DNA from: Macrostomum lignano
Taxonomy: Eukaryota
DNA: 64,000 nucleotides
Direction: 5' to 3'
NCBI GenBank assembly: GCA_002269645.1
Contig: NIVC01000175.1
Coordinates: forward strand, 682,001 to 746,000
Shown: piece by piece, positions 50,530 through 62,758 of the stretch
How the letters are laid out: each line of letters begins with the position of its first letter
Position numbering within the stretch: the first letter of the stretch is position 1
Notes under the pieces: model-generated
Database searches by the model: none
Seen by the model: the letters and a program-made list of their open reading frames with translations, nothing else
What the model was told of the DNA's origin: nothing
Position numbers and translations under genes: made by a program

Positions 50530-51060
50530 AGTACAACGGGTTCTTACAGACCGGATAACACAAAGGCATCTTGATTGAAATATTTTTCCGTTATCTGGTT
50601 TGCAAACCAGATTCGCATCATGTTATCCGGCAAATTTCAGATTCACACAGGTTTCTTACAAACCAGATAACACACAGTTATCTTGATTAAAATCTTTTAC
50701 TATCATCTGTTTCTCAAACAAGATCCGACCCATGTTATCCTGTAAAATTCAGATAACTCACCAGATAACAGTCAAACAAGAAAACAAAAAATTATCTGGT
50801 GGCGAATCTTATCATGTAATCTGATTTCTAAGCAAGATTCGGGCCATATTATCTGGTGAAATTCAGATAACTCACCAGATAACAGTCAAACAAGAAAACA
50901 AAAAATTATCTGGTGGCGAATCTTATCATGTAATCTGATTTCTAAGCAAGATTCGGGCCATATTATCTGGTGAAATTCAGATAACTCACCACATAACAGT
51001 CAAACCCGATAACACTAAAATTACCTGGTGACGAATCTGGTGGTTTAACCAGTTTCGAAC
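50530..51060. repeat. AGATAAC-rich block with a 114-bp tandem duplication, related to 47770..48150
   Basis: ATTCAGATAACTCACC recurs at 50747, 50861 and 50975; shares GTGGCGAA(A)TCTTA...CAAGATTC with the left block. Confidence 0.55.
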
Positions 51061-51414
51061 CTCAAACAAGGAAATCGGTGTACACGAACCACATCCAATG
51101 TTTTATGTAACTTCTACAATCCTAAAATGAGCCACTACCAATGCGCCATTAAATAATTTAACGATAAACACTGCATAATTAATTACTCAATCAATGACGT
51201 GCTAATAATTACAAACAAATGCACCCACAACACGGATTAGCGTAGACAGAGTCCAGTGTATTTTTGTCTGTCGCAATATGGATGCATTTTAGATGCAAAA
51301 GAATTAAAAAGGCGAATTTATAATCACTGTCGCTGGAGATGTACAAACATACATTTCTTATTAAAATTTAAATGGAATTTATTGATAGCGAATTAATTGA
51401 ATTGTCCTTCAAAT

Positions 51415-54400
51415 CTACCAAAGAAGGCGTTTTTCCATGATCTCCACAGTGATCCGTTTGCGGAAGTACGGCATGTTGTCCTGAAATAAATCGGGCCAAT
51501 TTTCCACTTTTTTGATCGTGCGTAATATTTGAACATTTCTACTTTAAGTAAGATGATAAGTACCTGGCTTGAAAAAGGGTTAGTGTTCGGTTGAAGATAG
51601 ATAAATTAAGGTGTCGGTGAGATTAGAAATGGAAATAATGAGATGAAGAATAGATTTAGTGATGGTAGGATTAGAGATAGATTAGAATAGAGAATGGGTG
51701 GGATGAAAGAGTAGATGAGATTAGAGATAGATGAGAATAGAGAATAGAGATATACGAGAATAGAGAATGGGTGAGATTTGAGAATAGAGAATGGGTGGGG
51801 TGAGAGAATAGATGAGATTAGAGATTGGTGAAAATAGAGAATGGATGAGATTAGAGATGCACGAGATGGGAGAATGGGTGAGATTAGAGATAGATGAGAA
51901 TAGAGAATAGAGATATTCGAGAATAGAGAATGGGTGAGATTTGAGAATAGAGAATGGGTGGGGTGAGAGAATAGATGAGATTAGAGATAGATGAGAATAG
52001 AGAATAGAGATATACGAGAATAGAGAATGGGTGAGATTTGAGAATAGAGAATAGATGAGATTAGAGATTGGTGAAAATAGAGAATGGGTGAGATTAGAGA
52101 TGCACGAGATGGGAGAATGGGTGAGATTAGAGATAGATGAGAATAGAGAATAGAGATATTCGAGAATAGAGAATGGGTGAGATTTGAGAATAGAGAATGG
52201 GTGGGGTGAGAGAATAGATGAGATTAGAGATTGGTGAGAATAGAGAATAGAGATATACGAGAATAGAGAATGGGTGAGATTTGAGAATAGAGAATGGGTG
52301 GGATGAGAGAATGGGTGGGATGAGAGAATAGATGAGATTAGAGATAGATGAGAATAGAGAATAGAGATATACGAGAATAGAGAATGGGTGAGATATGAGA
52401 ATAGAGAATGGGTGGGGTGAGAGAATAGATGAGATTAGAGATTGGTGAAAATAGAGAATGTATGAGATTAGAGATGCACGAGATGGGAGAATGAGTGAGA
52501 TTAGACAGTTGAGAAAAGACAATGGGTGAGATGAGAGTTCTAGAGGACAAGAAACAGTTTATACGAACCAATTAGACTCTTAAAAAAACACAACCAACCT
52601 GACTAAACGTGAAGTCCTTCTGCTTGCAATAGTAATCGGCAAACTTGCAGGTGAACACACCACAGTCTGATCCGTTCTCTTGTTGCGGAGCGCCAGTCTC
52701 GCGGATCAGCTGATAATCAGACAGGTCGGGCAATTCAGCTCCGGATTTCTTGTCTCGATGCTCGTCTGCCAAGTACTGTCGCATCAGAGGCAAGCAGCTG
52801 GCGCCGCCGCCCATCGACAGGCTGTCAAGATAGATGATGTTGCGGCAGCGCAGGTCAACAATGCACAGAATCCAGTGGTTGTTGTGCAGGTGGACGGGAC
52901 AGAGAAGGATGTCGCAGCTGAATATGTCCACCTGATGGGGGTAATTAACATTTTCTTACCTATCCGATATTATACTGATAGTTCATTGAGAATCAAATAA
53001 GCTCAGAAACCGGGAATCTCCTACTCAGACAACAGGAATCCCTGAAAAGACACCAGGAATCCCCAGCTCATATATGAAGAATTCCAAAATCAAATACAGG
53101 GAATCCCCAACCCAGACACAAGGAATCCCTAAACTAGATTCAGGGAACCCCCAACTCAGACACAGGGAATCTCCAACCCAGTCACAGGGAATCCCCAACT
53201 CAGACACAGGGAATCCCCAACCCAAACACAGGGAATCCCCAACCCAGACACAGGGAATCCCCAACCCAAACACAGGGAATCCCCAACCCAGACACAGGGA
53301 GTCCCCAACTTAGACACAGGGAGCCCCCAACCCAAACACAGGGAATCCCCAACCCAGACACAGGGAGTCCCCAACTTAGACACAGGGAATCCCCAACTCA
53401 GACACAGGGAATCACCAACTCGGACACAGGGAATCCCTAACTCGGACACCAGGAACCCCAGACCCAGATACATGGAATCCCAACCCAGACAGGGAATCCC
53501 CAACCCAGACACAGGGAATCCCCAACCCAGACACAGGTAATCACCAACTCAGACACAGGGAATCAGCAACTCAGACACTGGGAATCACCAACTCAGACAC
53601 AGGGAATCTTTAACTCGGACACCAGGAACCCCAGACCCAGATACATGGAATTCCAACCCAGACAGGAAATCCTTAACCCAGACACAAGGAGTTCCCAACC
53701 CAGACACAGGGAATCCCCAAATTAAATACAGGGAATCCCCAACTCAGACACAGGGAATCCCTAACTCAGACACAGGGAATCCCCAAATTAAATACAGGGA
53801 ATCCCCAACTCAGACACAGGGAATCCCTAACTCAGACACAGGGAATCCCCAACCCAGACACAGGGAATCCCCAACCCAGAGTCCCAGACACACGGAATCA
53901 CCAACTGAGACACCGAGAATCCTAACCGGTAAGTAACTAATCATAGCAATCAATCCATACCTTCCGAGTCCACCGTCTAACAGACGCGTAGCCGCTAGAC
54001 GACAGTTTAGTATAAAAGAACGTAGAGAACGCGTGCACTTTAGGCAGACCCAGCTGTTCATCAGCTGACCTGGCCGCAATCAGCTGCATATAAAAATTCA
54101 CAATATTATCATTCAGCCAGTTTAATCCGGCCAACGATCTCAGCTCTTCCCTAGTGACTCGCAGGCTAAATCCTTCGGCTAGAACTTCCGAGCTAGGCAG
54201 CTGGCGAGACCAGGCTCGTTCAACTAGCTGCAGCTGGGCCTCGGTTAGGTCGGGAAATTCTTCCTCTTCTTCATCAGCTGGCGGCGGCGGAGTCGGCGGC
54301 GGCTCCTCGTACTGATAGGGCAAGACTGGCAGCTCGCGTTCGGCTAGTTTGAGATTGCGAGTCACCCTGGCAACCAGGTCGCGCTCGTCCGCTTCTCGCT

Positions 54401-57400
54401 GCATGGTTTGATTGACGATTAGGGATTAGTGAATATCTACGTTAATCCAATGGGATTAGGATAAGGATTAAAGAATATCCACGCTAATCCAATGGGATTA
54501 GGATTGGATTAGAGAATATCTATGCTAATCCTTTCGGATTAGGATTGGATTAGGGAATATCTATGCTAATCCTTTCGGATTAGGATTGGATTAGAGAACA
54601 TCTATGCTAATCCTTTCGGATTAGGATTGGATTAGAGAACATCTATGCTAATCCTTTCGGATTAGGATTGGATTAGGGAATATCTATGCTAATCCTTTCG
54701 GACTAGGATTGGATTAGGGAATATCTATGCTAATCCTTTCGGATTAGGATTGGATTAGGGAATATCTATGCTAATCCTTTCGGATTAGGATTGGATTAGG
54801 GAATATCTATGCTAATCCTTTCGGATTAGGATTGGATTAGGGAATATCTATGCTAATCCTTTCGGATTAGGATTGGATTAGAGAATATATATGCTAATCC
54901 TTTCGGATTAGGATTGGATTAGGGAATATCTATGCTAATCCTTTCGGACTAGGATTGGATTAGGGAATATCTATGCTAATCCTTTCGGACTAGGATTGGA
55001 TTAGGGAATATCTATGCTAATCCTTTCGGATTAGGATTGGATTAGGGAATATCTATGCTAATCCTTTCGGATTAGGATTGGATTAGAGAATATCTACACT
55101 AAACATATGGGATTAGGATTGGATTAGATAATATTTATGTTAATCCATTCGGATTAAAATTAGATTAGAGAACTACACGATCTTTGAGTTTTACGTACTG
55201 TAATACTACAGTGGTCCTTGTGCCAATAACAAGAATATAGTAGAAATAAATTGTAAATGCGCTCGTAATAACAGTCATAATAACTCACTCTTTTAGCCCA
55301 ATACTGCATCTTTAAATTCTCTTCGGTCTCGACGCGTTGCATGTAGGATTTTAACGACTGAGACGAGGTCTTGCTGCAGAAGAATCAAGGGTAGCCAATA
55401 TTTAAGAGCAAAAAAGTACACGATGCAATTCTCAGAAACCTCTTAATTCTCTCTAAATAACAGGCTTACATATCGTTTAACCAATCAGGCGATAAATATT
55501 TGCACGGCGAGATGATATCGGCCACTGACTTCGGCTCCTCGATTGAAGTGATGACGCAATCTTCGTCATCGTCGGCTGAGGGGCGTTTAGAGGAGGGGTG
55601 ATTCTCAGGTGAGATTGAAAGGCGATTCTCAGGTGAGATTGAGTTCGATTCTCAGGTGAGATTTAGTGTCGAGTGATGGTTCTCAAGTGAGATTGAGGGA
55701 CGATTCTCAGGTGAGATTGAGAGGCGATTCTCAGGTGAGATTGGGGGCGACTCTCAGGTAAGACTGAGGGTCGATTCTCAAGTGAGATTGGGGCGACTCT
55801 CAGGTGAGAATTAGAAGCGATTCTCAAGTGAGATTGGGGCGACTCTCAGGTGAGAATTAGAAGCGATTCTCAAGTGAGATTGAGGGGCGACTCTGGGGTT
55901 AGATTGAGGAACTATTCTCAGGTGAGATTGAGTTCGATTCTCAGATGAGACTGAGGGACGATTCTCAGGTGAGATTGAGGGACGACTCTGAGGTTAGATT
56001 GAGGGACGACTCTGAGGTTAGATTGAGGGACGACTCTGAGGTTAGATTGAGGAACTATTCTCAGGTGAGATTGAGTTCGATTCTCAGATGAGACTGAGGG
56101 ACGATTCTCAGGTGAGATTGAGGGACGACTCTGAGGTTAGATTGAGGGACGACTCTGAGGTTAGATTGAGGAACTATTCTCAGGTGAGATTGAGTTCGAT
56201 TCTCAGATGAGACTGAGGGACGATTCTCAGGTGAGATTGAGGGACGACTCTGAGGTTAGATTGAGGGACGACTCTGAGGTTAGATTGAGGAACTATTCTC
56301 AGGTGAGATTGAGTTCGATTCTCAGATGAGACTGAGGGACGATTCTCAGGTGAGATTGAGGGACGACTCTGAGGTTAGATTGAGGGACGACTCTGAGGTT
56401 AGATTGAGGAACTATTCTCAGGTGAGATTGAGTGATGGTTCTCAGGTGAGATTGAGTGATGGTTCTCAGGTGAGATTGAGGGACGACTCTGAGGTTAGAT
56501 TGAGGAACTATTCTCAGGTCTGATTGAGAGGCGATTCTCAGGTGAGATTAAGGGGCGATTCTCAGGTGAGATTGAGAGGCGATTCTCAGGTGAGATTGGG
56601 GGCGACTCTCAGGTGAGACTGAGGGTCGATTCTCAAGTGAGATTGGGGGCGACTCTCAGGTGAGATTGAGAGGCGATTCTCAAGTGAGATTGAGGGGCAA
56701 TTCTTAGGTGAGATTGGGGGCGACTCTCAGGTGAGACTGAGGGTCGATTCTCAAGTGAGATTGAGTGACGATTCTCAAGTGAGATTGAGGGACGACTCTG
56801 AGGTTAGATTGAGGAACTATTCTCAGGTCTGATTGAGAGGCGATTCTCAGGTGAGATTAAGGGGCGATTCTCAGGTGAGATTGAGAGGCGATTCTCAGGT
56901 GAGATTGGGGGCGACTCTCAGGTGAGACTGAGGGTCGATTCTCAAGTGAGATTGGGGGCGACTCTCAGGTGAGATTGAGAGGCGATTCTCAAGTGAGATT
57001 GAGGGGCAATTCTTAGGTGAGATTGGGGGCGACTCTCAGGTGAGACTGAGGGTCGATTCTCAAGTGAGATTGGGGGCGACTCTCAGGTAAGACTGAGGGT
57101 CGATTCTCAAGTGAGATTGGGGGCGACTCTCAGGTAAGACTGAGGGTCGATTCTCAAGTGAGATTGGGGGCGACTCTCAGGTGAGACTGAGGGTCGATTC
57201 TCAAGTGAGATTGGGGGCGACTCTCAGGTGAGAATGAGGGTCGATTCTCAAATGAGATTGGGGGGCGACTCTCAGGTAAGACTGAGGGTCGATTCTCAAG
57301 TGAGATTGGGGGCGACTCTCAGGTGAGAATGAGAGGCGATTCTCAAGAGAGATTGAGGGGCAATTCTCAGGTGAGACTGATAGGAAATTCTCAGGTGATT

Positions 57401-60400
57401 GTGACACAGGAGGGTTGCACTATACCAGAGTCGGCAGCAGCTGATTTCGGCAAAGTCGATGCAGCAGCAGCTGGATGCTTTTTCTTGTTGCTTTTGTCAG
57501 ATCGAGCACCCGAAGAAGCCATACCGGTAGCTACAGTTGCTAACGGAGTAGAGTGAATGCACGGCTGCTTCTGGGACTGCTGCTGCTGTTGCGAAGTTGC
57601 CTGGGCGACGATTGAAGCAGTTGACGCAGGCGGCTGAGACTTGTCAGTAGTAGAGGCCTGATTGGCTCCGGCTGGCGAGGGAGACTGATGAGAGTTGGAA
57701 GTGGGGGTGTAACGATTGATAGATTTTATCATCAACAGATTAAAAGTAACAGACTTCTTTAAAGAAATTTGGTAAACAAGAATCTTCAAGAGAAGGATTA
57801 GCGAAAATTAAGGGGCGAATATAATTTAGCCAAGGATTAGGGGCGATTCTTATCAAGATTGGGATTATGGCGATTGTTATTTAGCTGAGGATTAGGGGCG
57901 ATTCTTATCAAGATTGGGATTAGGGCGATTGTTATTTAGCTGAGGATTAGGGACGATTCTTATCAAGATTGGGATTAGGGCGATTCTTATCAAGATTGGG
58001 ATTAGGGCAATTGTTATTTAGCTGAGGATTAGGGACGATTCTTATCAAGATTGGGATTAGGGCAATTGTTATTTAGCTGAGGATTAGGGACGATTCTTAT
58101 CAAGATTGGGATTAGGGCAATTGTTATTTAGCTGAGGATTAGGGACGATTCTTATCAAGATTGGGATTAGGGCAATTGTTATTTAGCTGAGGATTAGGGA
58201 CGATTCTTATCAAGATTGGGATTAGGGCAATTGTTATTTAGCTGAGGATTAGGGGCGATTCTTATCAAGATTGGGATTAGGGCAATTGTTATTTAGCTGA
58301 GGATTAGGGACGATTCTTATCAAGATTGGGATTAGGGCGATTCTTATCAAGATTGGGATTAGGGCAATTGTTATTTAGCTGAGGATTAGGGGCGATTCTT
58401 ATCAAGATTGGGATTAGGGCAATTGTTATTTAGCTGAGGATTAGGGGCGATTCTTATCAAGATTGGGATTAGGGCGATTGTTATTTAGCTGAGGATTAGG
58501 GGCGATTCTTATCAAGATTGGGATTAGGGCGATTGTTATTTAGCTGAGGATTAGGGACGATTTTTATCAAGATTGGGATTAGGGCGATTCTTATCAAGAT
58601 TGGGATTAGGGGCGAGTCTTATCGAGGTTGGGATAAAGAGACAATATAATAGGATTAGATTTCGAAGATTTCAGGAACAGTACAGTTACAATCTAAAATT
58701 GACAGCCTAAAATATCGCTTAAATGATAGTAATACTACTCACATTCGCTGCAGACAAGTAGGAGTCTGGCAAATTAGTTATCTGCCCTAGTACAGATTGT
58801 ACAGCGTTCAGGGCGGAATGAGAAATCTGCTGACTTCTTCTTTGGCGCTGACGATTGCCACTAGAAGCAGAAGACGCTGAACAAGCAGCAATCGATAAAT
58901 GCTGATGCCGGTTGAAGCTCTGGCCTTGGCGAAGCTGACTGTATATAGAAGAGGTATACACAAAAACAAATAGTGTTCTAAGCTGGTGTTTGGTAAAAAC
59001 TATATTTGAGCATATAAAAATATACAATCACATAAAATTACCTTGGTAAAGATTGCCGACTAATTAATGATGTGTTGCCAGTGCCAGCAAATATTTCCAA
59101 AGTGTTCTTGGAGAAATTGAAATCAGCCTGCTCAATATCCTGAAAATCGACCAGATATTATGTTTAAAACAAAACATAAAATATTTACATTGAATTGTTT
59201 TTTTTTTAAATGCTCACCAAATTCCAAGTGCCTCGATTTTCGGTGGACAGGCGATTTCTTTTGCTATATAAAAAGTAAAATTAAAAGGTAATTATATAAT
59301 CTATTGTTTTTTTCAACCTTACATCAATTATTGCTCTACTATAGTTATGTCTATGGCTATAGATATATATTATACCTATAACAAAAAATTGTGAAAAGCA
59401 CTTACAATAAAATGCTATCTAACATAGGTTAATGAAAAAGTAAAAAAAATCTGTTTGGTAATCCTCAATATATAATATATTGACCATTTATTAATTTATC
59501 AATCTGAAAAGATATAGACCATTTGTTAATATAAAAATAATTGATATTCTGTTACAGCAATACATTATGGCACCAGCATACTTTAGTAACTAGTATTGTC
59601 TTAACAAAACCATTATTAGCCTAAAATATTTTATACTTATATGTGAATGAAATAATGAAATATTTTTGTGATAATTGATATATTTAGCTATGCTTTAATG
59701 GTATTGTCTACAATGTGGGATGTCAAAAGCCATACATAATTTAGACTAGTTAAAGTAAAGGTATCAATCATATAAGGAGTACTTTAGAAAATTGAAGTTT
59801 TACACAAATGGAAAAGCACTATGTAAAGTAAATAGAAGCTATAAGAAATTAGGAATATATTTTGGTCTTTATAGAAGAAAAGTTAATAATTTGTAGATGG
59901 CATCTAAAGCATATGGTTAGCAATGGTTAGCATTGTGTAATATGAGTATGCTTTTGCATTTTGAATTCATTCTATAATACTTACTAACCTAGCAAACTTA
60001 AATGTACAGCAAAACAAGGTTTATATAATGCTAAGACATAATAAATGATTTATACTCAAATCTAAAGTGCATATCTATTTGAATCAAGGGATAATAGCTA
60101 CTACATGCCAAATTGAATGTGCATTTATAGAAAGCAAAAAGTTATTTTAGGTATATGCACACAATCAGGTTAAATAGACCAATGTACAAGTTAGTCAGTC
60201 AACCCTAACCCCCCACATAGCTTGGGCTAGGTAGGCAATTCCCACCCTTAATCTCTAGGATTAATGGTGTACAGATGCGGTGTGATAAGCAGATAGATAC
60301 CAGGGCACCTAAATGGCAGCTTCTAAGATATGCTTAGGCCTATATTTGTTTGCCATATGAAAGTTTTAAATATTTATTTTGAAATCAAAATTCTCAAATG

Positions 60401-61288
60401 AAAAAAAGGCAATGGTCTTTTTTTACTCTTTTTTGCCTCATTAAACTTACTTCAATCTTATAAAAATATGGCTGTAATTAAAAATTTTAGCATCTCTTAC
60501 TCACTAGGCCTAATTAGACCTATGTTATAGACTATAGGGTCTTTTAAGCAATTTTTTGTGCAAACAATGTTATATTTCTAATTATAGGCCTAATTTAAAT
60601 GCAATATTGACAATGCAAAATATTATAGAATAATATTTATAACTTTTTAATTTTATATTATAATAAATAAAACAAGAAATAAAAGCCACAATATTAAAAT
60701 CAACAAAAAATGATAATAATAGGTATAGTTTTATATCTAGAACATTTTTTTATTTTTGCATTGAATGCAAGACAAAAATGAATAAGACAGGCTATAACCT
60801 TATTGCAGCCAATGGCTTTATTAAAATCCTGGCTATAAAAAGGGTCTATATAAAACAAAATTGAAAAAAGAAACAATTAAAAGCAAATAAGCCTATATTT
60901 AGCTAGAATTTAACTTGAAACTTCTTTAAATATTACAAACAACTTGCCTAGAGTGTTACAAAATTGTCTTCTTATCTTTACTTAGGTTTATGTCTGACTA
61001 GGCTAGGCCTAGACTAGATGCAATATGTAATAATGATTCATGACAAGAAAACAATATTTTTAAAAGCCAATTACAATTTAATAAACTTTTATACCTGTCA
61101 ATAGTGCTGCCAAGATTTTCCTCAAATGCTTTCCTCTTTCGACTTGATTCAGAGCCACTGTGATGAACAAGAACGACTTCTGAATTTCTATGTGTTAGTG
61201 TAGGCCTTTGGATAGGAGCCACCTGCTCTTGACTTGGTCTCTCAGTTTCACTTTGAGGGAAAAAGAAATTACGAATAAAGCGGAACAT
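51415..61288 (-). CDS. SENP1: SUMO-specific cysteine protease (Ulp1/C48 family), SENP1/2-like, 10 exons, 606 aa
   Basis: complement(join(51415..51480,52599..52931,53961..54398,55289..55373,55470..55575,57426..57684,58743..58938,59042..59139,59218..59263,61095..61288)) = 1821 nt, all GT-AG and in phase. Catalytic domain: NWLNDNIVNFYM, FSTFFYTKL, VRRWTRKVDIF, NHW (His), YLDS (Asp), PQQENGSDCGVF (Gln/Cys), QDNMPYFRKRI. Confidence 0.92.
51600..52530. repeat. Purine-rich compound array (GAGAATAGAGAATGGGTGAGATT) in the last SENP intron
   Basis: Direct reading. Confidence 0.92.
53030..53905. repeat. 22-bp minisatellite CAGGGAATCCCCAACCCAGACA, ~40 copies (SENP intron 8)
   Basis: Tandem unit. Confidence 0.94.
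54415..55150. repeat. 41-bp hairpin-containing minisatellite GGATTAGGATTGGATTAGGGAATATCTATGCTAATCCTTTC (SENP intron 7)
   Basis: Period 41 (54571, 54612...). Confidence 0.96.
55597..57400. repeat. 24-bp minisatellite GATTCTCAGGTGAGATTGAGGGAC with a 119-bp higher-order repeat (SENP intron 5)
   Basis: GAGGAACTATTCTC at 56049, 56168, 56287 and 56406. Confidence 0.95.
57805..58635. repeat. Alternating 27/28-bp monomers forming a 55-bp dimer (SENP intron 4)
   Basis: GCTGAGG at 58021, 58076 and 58131. Confidence 0.95.
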
Positions 61289-62758
61289 TATTGTTAGAAC
61301 ATTGTTTTGGATTTATTCGGAGAAGTATGAAAGCATAAGTTATAAAAACTTTCTGTTTACTACTGTCAATATATCTGTATTATCTAGTCTCTCTCAACCT
61401 CTCAACTTATATTCAATATAAAGAAGTCAGCAGACAGTGATTTTGTCCGTCTGTTCAAATAAAAATGATGAGCATTAATAAGCCCTCAAAGAATGCGAAA
61501 AGAGTATGGTAAAATAAGTATATTAAGATGAGAAATATGATTCAAAATTCACAATTCTGACGGTATAGCTCCGAGAAAATCTTCTCCACACCCACCTCAA
61601 TTTATTACCGATTGGCAAATTTTTCTTAGAACTTTTAGATTCTTAGAAAATTTTTATTTAATTATAATAGACAGCTTGCTTAGAAGTTTTTTTAGTTTAT
61701 TTAAATAATTAAATTGACTCATCTAAAACATTTAAGTTATTGAAAACTTACTTCTACTTAGTTTTTTTGTTTTACTGCTAAAAATTAACATAAAAACGCA
61801 GAAATACAAATGAGATTCTTTCTACGAATGCATGGAATAATTACTTCCTGTTCTGCTTCTAAATGCTGCTGAAGCTGAGTTTTCTCAGCGTTGCAATATT
61901 ACACTGCCATGCTACGTCTGCCTTCATAATATATATTCTGTATGTAGTTTTGTTCTTTCTTCTTTTTTGCTACTTCGATTTCGATTTCGACAGAGACTTC
62001 GACAACCGACAAATAGATCTATCTTGATGAACCGGCCGCCTAGCCTGAAAAATGTTTAAAGATCACCATACCAGTTTTGAAAAACCTTTTTTTCATTAGC
62101 TTTTATGTATAAGGTTGTTTAAAAACTGCGATTTTTCAAGTCTTCTCTGTTCCACTTGCTATATTTGATAACATTATGTATCGATTAACTGTGGCTAAGA
62201 TCCTTGTTGATTATCGTATTCACAGCACACTGTGTTTAGGGAAAATTTGCCTGTTGTTTTTATCTAAGAATAAAATATTCAGCGGGATAGGCTTCAACAA
62301 CTTCCCACTGTATCCGGATGCCCAGACCAGAGTCCACCTGTTGTTAGAACAGTGATACAAATGTATGTTTTTTATAGCTATGTGGTATAATTTAACTTGC
62401 ATTTGTAAATTATTAGACTTTTAAAAGCCATTTTACTTTTACTAATTTTACTTTAACAGTTATTTTTAACAGTTTTATTTCATCTAAAACATTGCCTAAC
62501 ATCAAGCCACTTTTTAAGAACAAAATACTCGACTTAGCTTTAAAGGTTAGGTTTAAATGCTTCAATTGCTTTTCCATAATAGCTACTTAATATTGTATTG
62601 ATTCTATACGTTATTTATTTTGAAGTAGGGACACAAATATAATAGTTATTTTTGGCATAAATATTTTCCATTTAATAACAATTGCTAGTATGAATAGCAT
62701 ATCATAAAAGCTCTAAAATATTCTAAAGAGAATTAGGTGTCTATACTTTTATCTTCAG

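Noticed and set aside
999-58635. CRISPR-like appearance of 20-41 bp repeats
   Set aside because: Units are head-to-tail with no unique spacers, the context is eukaryotic introns, and there are no cas genes.
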